A stretch of DNA of 64,000 nt from Octopus sinensis (lineage: Eukaryota). Where the stretch lies: the NCBI RefSeq assembly GCF_006345805.1, contig NC_043000.1:10354001-10418000 (forward strand), read 5' to 3'. The position numbers were made by a program, and so were the translations under genes. The notes under the pieces were generated by a model. It saw nothing but the letters and a program-made list of their open reading frames with translations. It made no database searches and was not told the DNA's origin. Below are positions 48,401-58,143 of this stretch, one piece after another. The first letter of the stretch is position 1. Every line of letters begins with the position of its first letter.

Positions 48401-51400
48401 GCCAAGGTCGACTTTGCCTTTCATCCTTTCGGGGTTGATAAATTAGGTACCAGTTACGCACTGGGGTTGATGCAATTGACTTAATCCTTTTGTGTGTCCT
48501 TGTTTGTCCCCTCTAAGTTTAGTCCCTTGTGGGCAATAAAGAAATAAGTTGTAGAACCCTCATCTATCATTTACACTGGGTTCAGAGCACACACACATGG
48601 ATGTAAAAATACCCAGGTTGGTACCAGAACATGAAATATAATAAAACAATCGCTTCTTCATCACCATTATCACCTTTACTATAATCATACTATGATGTAA
48701 TTTTCTAAGCTAACAACAACAACAATTATACAAATATTTCTCCTAGAGTAAAAAACAAATGTAATCAAAATAGCTGAACTGACCTGAACAATAAAGATAA
48801 TTGAAGGCAAGCCTTGACCAAACAAAAGGGACAAACAATGACTGCCATATTCATCGATTCCTTCCGTTGGAGAGAGAACAGTAAGTACTGAGTCGGCTAT
48901 TTTAACAGCATCAAGTAATGCATACTGGTTACCATATTCAGGGATATAAAACGATACTCTCTGCTTTAGTCGAGGAATTCTGACAATTACAAAAAAAAAA
49001 TGAAAATAAAAACATTCAAAATTTACAAATAATGATTGTTGATGTTAAAAAAAATTGAAATGTTAATTAATGAGTTGATATTATATAGTCAATGGTAAAC
49101 TATCATAGTAATAATTTTATTCCTGAAACAATATCAAACGATGGTAGGAAAATTCTTTTCAATATATCTTTTATTTTGTACTTGTTTCAGTGACTGGACT
49201 GTGGCCATGCTGGGTCACTTCCTTGAAGGGTTTTGTCAAACAAATTCTCGTACTTATTCTATTGGTCTCTTTTGCCAAACCAGTAAGTTGCAGGGACATA
49301 AACAAACTAACACTGGTTGTCAAGCAACAGTGGGGAACAATGATACACACATTTACATATATGACAGGCTTCTATACAGATACCTTCTACCAAATTCACT
49401 GACATGACTTTGGTCAACCTGGAGCTATAGTAAAGAAAAGGCCAAGCAGTAGGACTGAACCAAACATGGTTACAAAACAAGCTTCCTAATCACAATCACC
49501 AACTTATGTTAGAGGCAAGTCTAAGAAAGTCTTCGAAACCAAATCAAAAAACTCAACTTACCCTAAATGCGTTATATCCAGATCATTCTTCTTAGAGAAA
49601 GCAGTGTCATCACAATTAATCAACAAATCCAGAACCTTTTGGGAGTTAAGACTTTTATGCAGTGGAAGAATCACCTAAAATAAAGAAATAAATTAAAATT
49701 CATTTCAAAGCTCAATGTTGCTGTTGTTATTGTTTAACCCCAGAACTGCTTTGACTACTCTTTATGTACTATGTAGACCCACACTGAAGTATGAAATATT
49801 TTCAAGGTTAATAAACTTGTTAATACCAATTTTTCTGAAATCATCATCATCGTTTAACGTCCGCTTTCCATGCTAGCATGGGTTGGACAATTTGACTGAG
49901 GTCTGACGAATCAGATGGCTGCACCAGGCTCCAATCTGATCTGGCAGAGTTTCTACAGCTGGATGCCCTTCCTAATGCCAACCACTCCGAGAGTGTAGTA
50001 GGTGCTTTTACGAGGGCCAGTCAGGCAGTACTGGCAATGGCCATGCTCAAATGGTGCCTTTTATGTGCCACCTGCACAGGAGCCATGCCAGCGGCACTGG
50101 CAACGACCTCGCTCGAATGTTTTTTTCACATGCCACCAGCACAAGTGCTAGTAAGGTGACACAGGTAACAATCACGCATGAAAGGTGTTTTTAACATGCC
50201 ATCGGCATGGAGGCCAGCTTGTTGCTCTGGTAACGATCTCATTCGGATGGTACTCTTAGCGCTCCATTAGCACAGATGCCAGTCATCGAATTTGATTTTG
50301 ATTTCACCTTATTAAAGTGCCTATATTAAAATTCAGCTCTTGATCTAGATCTCATAAAATGAGATTTCAACTGACAAATGCCAGTGTAATTTATATTCAA
50401 TCCTTTAGCATTTAAACTGGCCATATCCAGCCTAAATATTCTACCTGTTGTATTTGTATATTCAAACAGGCTAGATCTGGCTTCTCACACCTACCCTACA
50501 ATGTCATTCTAAAACTAAACAATTACATCATCAACATCTCACAGCTATGAGTTAGGGTATAATTAATTCAAAACTCACCACAAAATGCGGAGTACTATCA
50601 GCACCACCACGACTGCGTTTTTGGGCCAAAACTTCTTCTCGTTTGTTTTTACGAGTATGGAAAGCCTTCATAAACAAAATAAAACAAGTTGAAATTATTT
50701 TTTAGATTCAAATATTTAAAGAACAAAACTGTTTAAAGAACAAAACATGTTTATAAAAATATAAATACATAAAACAACTAGTTTTAAATTTCTGAGCTAG
50801 AAATATGTAGTAGTAACAGTACCGTACAGTAAAGTCTGTTTGTCAACGCAACATGGCAATCCTACACAGGATGGTGTTACTACTTTTTAGCTCCAGGAAA
50901 ACATCTTTTCCAGCTGGTTACCGACACATGATCTGTGTCCATATACTGTGAGCAAGGGAGCCTACCGTCCCCTTTCTAGCCAGGAAGCAGTAGATTCCCT
51001 TGCTCACAGTATATGGATACAGATTATGTGTCTGTAGCCAGCTGGAAAAGATGTTTTCCTGGGGCTAAAATGTAATAACCATTGTCCAGTGTAGGACTGC
51101 CACATTGCATTGGCAAAGAGACTTTACATAAAACAACAAATGAGTTAAGTATCAGCTATGGTAGACACTTTTAATGGGATGTGAAATAGTAACTTTTAAT
51201 ACTCTCTTTTACTTGTTCCAGTCATTTGACTGTGGCCATGATGGAGCACCGCCTTTAGTCGAGCAAATCGACCCCAGGACTTATTCTTTGTAAGCCTAGT
51301 ACTTATTCTATCGGTCTCTTTTGCCAAACCGCTAAGTTACGGGGACGTAAACACACCAGCATCAGTTGTCAAGCCATGTTGGGGGGACAAACGCAGACAC

Positions 51401-54400
51401 ACACATACATATATATACATATATACAACGGGCTTCTTTCAGTTTCTGTCTTCCAAATCCACTCACGAGGCTTTGGTCGGCCCGAGGCTATAGTAGAAGA
51501 CACTTGCCCAAGGTGCCACACAGTGGGACTGAACCCGGAACCATGTGGCTGGTAAGCAAGCTACTTACCACACAACCACTCCTCTGAAAAATTTTTATCT
51601 AACAGTCTGAAGATATACAAGGTGCAAGGGGTATTTAAGAACAGTTAATTATCAGCATATTACTCTCTTCAAACCAATTAAAAAATTTTATTTCTTCCAA
51701 CTCTCCACTTGGCAGATAAAATGCAAACACAAAAGATAAATAAAAAAATGTACCGTAAATCCTTGAGTACAATACGCAGGGGATTTTTAGGGGGCTGTAC
51801 TTCTGAAAAACCTAAACCTTATGTATAATATGCACCCCTTCTCTAACTTGAGTCGTGCGTAATTAAGCCAGCAGCACCTAGTCAAACAAACACTTCTGTG
51901 CATGCGTAATACAATAATGGTGATGTTCTTAACTGTTATATGGAAATGTAAATATGTCTGAAATTGTTCTTGTATGTTATTCTGTGTTCTGAATACTTTT
52001 ATTTTAATAAATGTTGCTTACTGCAAGTTATGGATGATTCTTTTATGACTTCATTGCTTTCAGGCTTAGCTTTAGGTATTTTCGCGCCCGACATCATAAA
52101 ATGCGTCTGAATAAACATTGCCGGACAGCAAATAGAGACTTGGACATTGCTTAGAAAATAATTTTCCTTTTTAACCTCGTATATAGTACGCATGAGGGAT
52201 TTTGACTTCTAAATTTTGGGAAAAAAATGCGGATTATACTCGAAGATTTACGGTAGTTATTATTATCATATGTATGGAACACCACAATTTACAAATAGCC
52301 AACTTTCTAAATGTTGCAAGATCTTTTATGCACAAAGTTTGAATGAAACTGAAAGGCTCTTGCAAGAATGTTTCAACTGCATCAATTATAAATAAAACTT
52401 AACTGAAACAAATAGTAGATATGTTTTAGTTGGAAATATCATAATCAAAGTGCTGCTAATGATTATGCTTTACAGATAAAACTTACCTTTTTCCTTCGTT
52501 CAGCTCTTCGTATTTCTAGTTTATGCCGTTTCGAGATACTTTTAACACTGACACGTCCTGAGAAAAATATATAATTTTCAGACTGACAAAATTTCTGAAG
52601 CTGTTCAAAATTTATAGAGATGTTTCAGAAGTCTTTTTAACCCTTTGGCATTCAGATGTAATGCTTATTTATTTACATTTGATTTGAATTAACCATGCAT
52701 TATTATCTCATAGCTTTAAGATTTTGATGATGTGATTGATTATTTTTAGAAGAATATTGTAGAATAAATGTTAGAGACCAGATCTGGTTGGTTTGAACAT
52801 AAAACAGATAGAAACATTTGGGCCAGATATGGTCAGTTTGAATGCTGAAGGGATAACATTTAAATGATACAGGAAATTTTCATTTTTTAATATTATTAAA
52901 ACTAACTTTACTATTTTGTTGTAAACATATATGCGTGAGTGTGTGTGTGTATATATATATATATAGATTGATAGATAGGTAGATATTGCCCACAGGGGGC
53001 TAAACATAGAGGGGACAAACAAGGACAGGCAAAGGGATTAAGTCGATTACATCAACCCCAGTGCGTAACTGGTACTTATTTAATCAACCCTGAAAGGATG
53101 AAAAGCAAAGTCGACCTTGGCGGAGTTTGAACTCATACATATATATTGAACCCTCACAGCCAGCTCGTATCTTACAATCATCTTAGAAGCCAAAGGACAT
53201 ACTTTTTTTTTAAATAAATCACTTAAAGTTCTACTTCACCTAATAGTAACAATCATTGGCGTTATTGTTAGAGTTGGGCAAATGTTTGTGATATTTAATT
53301 ATGTCACTTACGTTCTAGGTTCCAATTGTACATTTGGTAGACGGAGAAAATGTGGAAACCCGTCGTATATGTGCGTGTTTGTGCTTCTTTCCCCCCACAG
53401 CCTGACGGTGCTGGTTTGTTTACATCCATGTAACTTAGCAGTTCGGTAAAAGAAACCGATAGAATAAGTACCAGACTTAAAAAATAAGAACAGGGGTCGA
53501 TTTGTTCGATCAAATCTTTTCAAGGGATGTCCCGGCATGACTGCAGCCCAGTAAGTGTAACAAGGAGGAGATAAATCTAGTCGATCCATGCCTTGTAAGT
53601 GAAACTAGACAGACGGAACCTGTACAGAAGCCCATTGGATGGATTGTACCTGTAACTGAAAGGTTCAAATTTCTCACATTTTGTATCACACTGATTCAGC
53701 TCAGGAGCCACATTAAAGGTAGGCGTGCATGTGGAATACTCATTTTTAAGACAGTGTAAAAATGGGCCCGTTTTTATAAGACGGTGTAATTCCTGTTATG
53801 GAAGATATAGCAACGTCTACCAGCAGATTGAGATGGCATGACGTGAGATAGTAAATAAAACCAGGTGTTCAAAAGTAGAGTGAAAAATAGGGAAAGTGCA
53901 TGTGAAATTCTGTCCATAGGGAAGACACTGTATGTATGCATGTATGGGCATTCTTTCGATATAGCTCGATAAGGTCGAGACATTTCACTTCGAAGGTACT
54001 ACTTAAGAAGAGTGGTCCTGGTGCGCGCACTCGCGTAATCGTGCAAGCTCGTCGTGACTAGTCGATCCTACAACGATTACCTAGCAAAGTAAATATTTTT
54101 TTATAAAAATAAAACACAAAGGATCGACTAGTCACGACTAGCTAGCGCGGGTACACGAGTGCGCGCACCGAGACCACTCTTCTTAAGTAGTACCCACTTT
54201 GGGTATTTCTGTGGGTTGTGGAGTATAGATAGATATAACGAAATTATGCCAGCAATGTCTTGCATATTTGTTCTTACCTGTTTCATGTGTGTATGTAAAA
54301 TCCGCAAATTTCCAAGCAGAAAACAGAAGCGAACTGTCATTTGCTTCCACGGAAATACCCAAAGTGATGTGTTTTGATTTTGTCGAGTTATATCGAAAGA

Positions 54401-54670
54401 ACTGCTCACGTATGTAAGAGATAGTGAATGAATATGCTAAAGAGACTAATGCTACATAGCAGAGAAAATACGAGAGATTGTCGGAAGACCCATAACATAT
54501 CAGCTATATACACAAGTTAAACACATTAATAGATCAACTACAAAACTGCAACTATACACACCTTGGGACATGCGATCCAGTTCCCGCTTTCCTCTGTGTT
54601 TTCCGCGTTTATGTAGTTTGTTTTGCTGTTTAAAAGAAGTTGGTCGATGTTCCTCTTGTTCGGACACCAT
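17384..54670 (-). CDS. TSR1: Pre-rRNA-processing protein TSR1 homolog (inactive GTPase-like 40S maturation factor), 20 coding exons, 800 aa
   Basis: Spliced translation contains TSR1 motifs HRPxxxKQQNKxHK, [23 protein letters not shown], [19 protein letters not shown], [25 protein letters not shown], [19 protein letters not shown] and [11 protein letters not shown]. All 19 introns are GT-AG with matching phases; exon lengths sum to 2403 bp (800 aa + TGA). Confidence 0.97.
17889..17963 (-). CDS. TSR1: TSR1 exon 19
   Basis: [24 protein letters not shown](G); 75 bp. Confidence 0.96.
19197..19515 (-). mobile_element. SINE, head H2 + tail T1
   Basis: Head gcgtggcttagtggttaggg...cccttgagcaagacacttt; same tail as 4583-4968. 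Confidence 0.85.
20645..22450 (+). mobile_element. 5'-truncated RTE-clade LINE: RT C-terminal ORF, 3' UTR with VNTR, (ATG)n tail
   Basis: ORF 20645-21412 with [46 protein letters not shown] and DRDLW motifs; ends gcggacgctaaatgatgatgatgat. Confidence 0.9.
21512..22295 (+). repeat. Minisatellite, 13 units of ~61 bp, inside the RTE 3' UTR
   Basis: Units anchored by aaaagcacc; two alternating unit types. Confidence 0.92.
22662..22802 (-). CDS. TSR1: TSR1 exon 18
   Basis: [46 protein letters not shown](E); 141 bp. Confidence 0.96.
24585..25292. mobile_element. hAT-Charlie-like MITE interrupted by a SINE
   Basis: 5' ctagttctcaactggggtcc and 3' gttgagaaccactg termini. Confidence 0.5.
24768..25138 (+). 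mobile_element. SINE family A
   Basis: Homology to 3505-3925; nested in the hAT-like MITE. Confidence 0.88.
25331..25433 (-). CDS. TSR1: TSR1 exon 17
   Basis: [34 protein letters not shown](G); 103 bp. Confidence 0.95.
25637..26055 (+). mobile_element. SINE family A
   Basis: Homology to 3505-3925. Confidence 0.9.
26620..27016 (-). mobile_element. Non-autonomous Helitron (same family as 14388-14780)
   Basis: Same termini and body. Confidence 0.8.
28771..28873 (-). ncRNA. Candidate intronic box C/D snoRNA (TSR1 intron 16)
   Basis: C box ATGATGA (28856-28862), D box CTGA (28782-28785) 70 nt apart, 10 bp terminal stem with one bulge in K-turn register; same strand as the host gene; no confident target. 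Confidence 0.4.
28919..29286 (+). mobile_element. Non-autonomous Helitron
   Basis: A|TC at the 5' end, 3' hairpin ctatgactc-ggcgttgct-gggtcatag, then CTAG|T. Confidence 0.8.
29324..29529 (-). CDS. TSR1: TSR1 exon 16
   Basis: [25 protein letters not shown]...[21 protein letters not shown]; 206 bp. Confidence 0.96.
30948..30999 (-). CDS. TSR1: TSR1 exon 15
   Basis: [17 protein letters not shown](E); 52 bp; ttccag| and |gtaagt. Confidence 0.92.
31267..32385 (+). mobile_element. Decayed Tc1/mariner DD37D (maT-like) transposon, interrupted by a piggyBac-like MITE
   Basis: [14 protein letters not shown]...; QDSAPNHT...[12 protein letters not shown] with 37 residues between the two catalytic Asp positions; internal stops; imperfect TIRs tacaaggtg...aaatttga and aaatttata...catcctgta. 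Confidence 0.8.
31328..31557. mobile_element. piggyBac-like MITE
   Basis: TTAA|CCCTTTCGTTAC...GTAACGAAAGGG|TTAA; a partial copy lies at ~22460-22641. Confidence 0.85.
32629..32770 (-). CDS. TSR1: TSR1 exon 14
   Basis: [47 protein letters not shown]; 142 bp. Confidence 0.96.
33166..33478 (+). mobile_element. SINE, head H1 + tail T2, 12 bp TSD
   Basis: TSD aatgtggataca; related copies at 7400-7700 (+) and 39068-39353 (-). Confidence 0.88.
33845..33937 (-). CDS. TSR1: TSR1 exon 13
   Basis: [30 protein letters not shown](R); 93 bp. Confidence 0.95.
34406..34470 (-). CDS. TSR1: TSR1 exon 12
   Basis: [21 protein letters not shown](I); 65 bp. Confidence 0.92.
34934..35347. mobile_element. Same GGATC-TIR MITE
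   Basis: TSD TATTTTCT. Confidence 0.88.
35670..35738 (-). CDS. TSR1: TSR1 exon 11 (acidic, phase 0-0)
   Basis: [23 protein letters not shown]; 69 bp; ttgtag| and |gtaagg. Confidence 0.85.
36454..36617 (-). CDS. TSR1: TSR1 exon 10 (acidic region)
   Basis: (A)[26 protein letters not shown]...DEYMEA; 164 bp. Confidence 0.94.
37343..37570. mobile_element. piggyBac-like MITE, second family
   Basis: ttaactctttagtg...caccaaagggttaa; related copies at ~16570-16790, 50400-50570 and 52637-52856. Confidence 0.65.
38047..38309 (+). mobile_element. SINE, head H2 + tail T2, 11 bp TSD
   Basis: TSD caaagatacat; decayed copy at 30585-30800. Confidence 0.88.
38346..38502 (-). CDS. TSR1: TSR1 exon 9
   Basis: GLEPMESS...[25 protein letters not shown]; 157 bp. 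Confidence 0.95.
40242..40406 (-). CDS. TSR1: TSR1 exon 8
   Basis: [55 protein letters not shown]; 165 bp; weak donor gtttgc. Confidence 0.93.
40465..40893. mobile_element. Same GGATC-TIR MITE
   Basis: Same body with slightly decayed TIRs. Confidence 0.85.
41281..42305. repeat. ~1 kb degenerate (TA/CATA)n microsatellite in TSR1 intron 7
   Basis: Seen directly. Confidence 0.98.
43547..43703 (-). CDS. TSR1: TSR1 exon 7
   Basis: [52 protein letters not shown]; 157 bp. Confidence 0.94.
43950..44195. mobile_element. Hairpin MITE embedded in (TA)n
   Basis: ~90 bp imperfect TIRs aaattagagaaaaaccactattatg...cataatagtggtttttctctaattt. Confidence 0.8.
44334..45422. mobile_element. Foldback-like element with ~437 bp inverted arms
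   Basis: 44334-44772 is near-identical to the reverse complement of 44988-45422; 215 bp spacer; abuts a (TA)n run. Confidence 0.85.
45765..46147 (-). mobile_element. Non-autonomous Helitron, shared 3' end with a different 5' part
   Basis: ctagcagtatcgcccggcgttgctc terminus shared with the 14388 and 26620 copies. Confidence 0.75.
46625..46873 (+). mobile_element. SINE family B, single unit
   Basis: Near-consensus copy; partial copies at 18215-18430, 23455-23645, 40945-41282, 52985-53135 and 59066-59280. Confidence 0.88.
47603..47673 (-). CDS. TSR1: TSR1 exon 6
   Basis: [23 protein letters not shown](W); 71 bp. Confidence 0.92.
48132..48545 (+). mobile_element. SINE family B dimer with 11 bp TSD
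   Basis: TSD aagttgtagaa at 48121-48131 and 48546-48556. Confidence 0.9.
48784..48979 (-). CDS. TSR1: TSR1 exon 5
   Basis: [10 protein letters not shown]...[12 protein letters not shown]...[18 protein letters not shown]; 196 bp. Confidence 0.94.
49562..49674 (-). CDS. TSR1: TSR1 exon 4
   Basis: [37 protein letters not shown](G); 113 bp; tttag| and |gtaagt. Confidence 0.9.
50579..50665 (-). CDS. TSR1: TSR1 exon 3
   Basis: [29 protein letters not shown]; 87 bp; tgaag| and |gtgagt. Confidence 0.92.
50829..51127. mobile_element. Hairpin MITE with ~130 bp arms
   Basis: 50829-50959 pairs with 50996-51127. Confidence 0.8.
51200..51583 (-). mobile_element. SINE family A
   Basis: Homology to 3505-3925. 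Confidence 0.9.
51751..52255. mobile_element. pogo/Tigger-like MITE with TA TSD
   Basis: TA|ccgtaaatccttgagtacaatacgca ... tgcggattatactcgaagatttacgg|TA. Confidence 0.75.
52487..52557 (-). CDS. TSR1: TSR1 exon 2
   Basis: (G)[23 protein letters not shown]; 71 bp; ctcag| and |gtaagt. Confidence 0.92.
52637..52856. mobile_element. piggyBac-like MITE, second family
   Basis: ttaaccctttggcattc...atgctgaagggataa. Confidence 0.6.
53995..54194. mobile_element. CpG-rich hairpin MITE in TSR1 intron 1
   Basis: ggtactacttaagaagagtggtc...gtgcgcgcactcg pairs with cgagtgcgcgcac...gaccactcttcttaagtagtacc; inner stem cgtgactagtcgatcct. Confidence 0.75.
54562..54670 (-). CDS. TSR1: TSR1 exon 1 (ATG at 54670)
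   Basis: [36 protein letters not shown](G); 109 bp; donor AAG|gtgtgt. Confidence 0.93.
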
Positions 54671-54681
54671 CTTGGTGCCAG

Positions 54682-54687
54682 CACGTG
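54682..54687. promoter_or_regulatory. Canonical E-box CACGTG just upstream of the TSR1 ATG
   Basis: Motif seen directly, 11 nt upstream of the start codon; function is inferred. Confidence 0.4.
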
Positions 54688-54844
54688 GAATGGAAATAAC
54701 GGATGTTGATATCGCCCTCTGTATAAAGTTATCAAAACAAGGGACGCAACTTTCTTTTCTTCGTAGCTACACCTATCACGCTCTTGCTCACTATTACGTT
54801 TTTGACTTTCTCGCTTTCTCTCTCTCATATATACATGTATGTAT

Positions 54845-55072
54845 ACTCTTTTTACTTGTTTCAGTCATTTGACTGTGGCCATGCTGGGGCACCGCCTTTA
54901 GTCGAGCAAATTGACCCCAGGACTTATTCTTTGTAAGCCTAGTACTTATTCTATCGGTCTCCTTTGCCGAACCGCTAAGTTACGGGGACGTAAGCACACC
55001 AGCATCGGTTGTCAAGCGGTGTTGGGGGAACAAACACAGATACACAAACATACGCGCACACACACACACACA

Positions 55073-55154
<82 letters not shown>

Positions 55155-55166
55155 GTTATATACATA

Positions 55167-55200
<34 letters not shown>

Positions 55201-55340
55201 GATAGATATATACATATATATGACGGGCTTCTTTCAGTTTCCGTCTACCAAATCCACTCACAAGGCTTTGGTCAGCCCTAGGCTATAGTAGAAGTTTATG
55301 CAGTGGGACTGAACCCGGAACCATGTGGTTGGTAAGCAAG
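54845..55340 (-). mobile_element. SINE family A with an expanded (TA)n, ~175 bp upstream of the TSR1 ATG
   Basis: Homology to 3505-3925. Confidence 0.88.
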
Positions 55341-55547
55341 CTATTTACCACACAGCCACTCATGTATGTATGTATGTATGTATGTATGTATGTATGTATG
55401 TATGTATGTTATGTATGTATGTATGTATGTATGTATATGTGTATGTATGTATACACTCACAGACACACACACACACACATATATTGTTGTATTTCGGGAC
55501 GGTCATTTTTTGTGTTTCACTCATTTATCACTGTTCTTATTTAAACT

Positions 55548-55795
55548 CATGTCCCTTGTCGGGAAATCTTTCTTCACACATCTGTGACCTCTTCAGCGAT
55601 ACTTTTCGTTTTCGTGTGTGCTCTTGTTCCACTTACTCCATTCTGGAATGATGTCATAAACATCGCTATGTATTTATTTCTCTCCCTCCTTAAATCCCTT
55701 CTGGAGTAAGTGAAGCAAGAGCACACGCGAAAACGAAGTGTTGCTGAAGGGGTCACAGATGTGTGACGAAAGATTTCCGGACAATGGACATGAGA
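55548..55795. mobile_element. Hairpin MITE with ~90 bp imperfect arms
   Basis: tcatgtcc...cacacatctgtgacc...ttcgtgtgtgctcttg pairs with caagagcacacgcgaa...ggtcacagatgtgtg...ggacatga. Confidence 0.7.
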
Positions 55796-56061
55796 TAAAA
55801 TAAATTCTCTTTTTCACTGATCTTCAGCTTTACGCTAACATCCGCTGAGCAGCTGATTTCCACAACTATACAGTTTCTCTTCTCTATCCCAAATCACTAT
55901 ATTAGGTCTATTGTGTTTAATTTTATTGAGGTTTTCACAGGGACATTCCACCAGTATTCCTTTTAATTATTAGTGAATATGGTTTCCATCATACTGTAGG
56001 TTCTTATGTCTTTGACCTCAGGGTTATCCTATGTATGTATGTATGTATGTATGTATGTATG

Positions 56062-56092
<31 letters not shown>

Positions 56093-56135
56093 CTAAATTG
56101 ATATAAACTATTCTTAGATCATTAATGTTTACATA

Positions 56136-56520
56136 AGCGTAGGAGTGGCTGTGTGGTAAGTAGCTTGCTTACGAACCACATGGTTGTGGGTTCAGTCCCA
56201 CTGCGTGGCACCTTGGGCAAGAGTCTTCTACTATAGCCTCGGGCCGACCAAAGCCTTGTGAGTGGGTTTGGTAGACGGAAACTGAAAGAAGCCCGTCGTA
56301 TATATGTATATATATGTGTGTGTCTGTTTTTGTTCCCCCCAACATCGCTTGACAACCGATGCTGGTGTGCTTACGTCCCCGTAACTTAGCGGTTCGGCAA
56401 AAACAGACCAATAGAATAAGTACTAGGCTTACAAAGAATAAGTCCTGGGGTCGATTTGCTCGACTAAAGGCGGTGCTCCAGCATGGCCACAGACAAATGA
56501 CTGAAACAAGTAAAAGAGTA
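56136..56520 (+). mobile_element. SINE family A
   Basis: Homology to 3505-3925. Confidence 0.9.
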
Positions 56521-57088
56521 TAAGTTGATCTTTTTAATTATTCATGCTCCGATCTATTCTTATCGTCCAACTAATGTCAGATGTACAGCGTTCTAACGAT
56601 CTTAAAAGAATTTGATTCGCTGATGAGATCTTACTACGTTCAGAACACATCCGGAGTTTTCTCCCATTCCGAAACAACGGAAAATAACATTAGTGACCGC
56701 TTAATTATAATTTCTGATTGGTTGCAAAACCTCCAGCGACACTGTTAAAATTTTATGAAGAGCACCAACCGTTGAGAGAGAGAGAGGGGGGTGGGGAGAA
56801 ATGAAGAAAGTAAAGTCATAAAGTCATAGAAAAAGGGAAGATAGAAAAAGATGTTATTGTCTATTTTTTCTCTCCCTCTCTCTCTCTTTAATCTATTGTC
56901 CATGATTCTTTTGCTTCAGACGTTAGAAATTTTTACGAGGAGCTGTAAGTCTTGAAAGAAAGAAGGAATGGAAGCAGGGAGAAAGACATACATAGCGGTG
57001 TTTATGACATCATTCGTAACAATTAACAGTCAATCAGAAAATCGAAGTAAAGTCGTAAGAGAAAGAGGTAAGGATTAAGCAAAAAGGA

Positions 57089-57090
57089 AC

Positions 57091-57158
<68 letters not shown>

Positions 57159-57211
57159 GGATGGATGGATGGATGGATGGATGGATGGATGGATGGATGG
57201 ATGGATGGATG

Positions 57212-57248
<37 letters not shown>

Positions 57249-57305
57249 ACAGACAGACAGACAGGCAGGTAGACAAGCAGGCATACAGACAGACAGACAG
57301 ACAGA
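57089..57305. repeat. Compound (GATA)n-(GGAT)n-(GATA)n-(GACA)n tetranucleotide array
   Basis: Seen directly. Confidence 0.97.
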
Positions 57306-58061
57306 CTGTCCACGATGTCCCTTGCTTCTACATCCCTCTAACTTTTCCTTCTCTGATGACGGTTTACTCAACCTATGGAATTCTTACTCATTATGATGAT
57401 CCATACGCTTGACTATTCTAGAAACAGCTGTAAGATACTCTCTATATCCATATTCTCTGTCTAAATTAAATGTCTTTTCAAGTGATGCCAATCGGTTTAC
57501 CTTTTCATTTTTACATTAATCTTAGATAGATAGAGAGAGGGGGGGGAGAGGAGACAGACAGACAGACAGTCAATGAAAGAGAATGAGGACTAGGAAGATA
57601 AATATAATAGAAAGTATAAAGGGCGGCAGTATTGGAGGAACAAACAAATTTTCAATAAAAATGAAAGGGTGTGTGAAGAATTAGACATACAAAAGTTGTT
57701 TTTTTTAAACGCGGCAACTAGAGTAAAAGCAGTTATATCACCTCGTTTTACGAAACCAATTATTGAAATTGGGTTTGAGTATCGTACCCTACCACAACAA
57801 CCGACTCTACTGTGAATTACCCATAATACATCACGATTCACTGAATCAAAGGCATTAGTAAAGCAATGACATGAGTCAAATCACAGCTTAATATATACTA
57901 TTTCTCATATAAATATCAAGCAGAAATATCACATTATTAGTGGCTCTTCCTGCGTGAAAACTTAATTGAGACTTGGAAAGAATGGTCACTCTAATGTCTT
58001 GAATGGGCTTATCAAGAACAATTCTGCTCAATATTACACTGTAACAGACGCTTAGTGAAAT

Positions 58062-58062
<1 letters not shown>

Positions 58063-58142
<80 letters not shown>

Positions 58143-58143
58143 G
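58063..58143. repeat. (CT)n microsatellite
   Basis: Seen directly. Confidence 0.97.

Noticed and set aside
48582-48664. Second C/D box pair (GTGATGA...CTGA) in intron 5
   Set aside because: No terminal stem in K-turn register and it abuts SINE sequence. The 9 nt complement to the U2 5' end is not positioned before a D' box.
54278-54401. Possible poison exon in TSR1 intron 1 (cag|...CAG|gtaaga, early stop)
   Set aside because: Weak polypyrimidine tract and no supporting evidence; splice-like motifs occur by chance.
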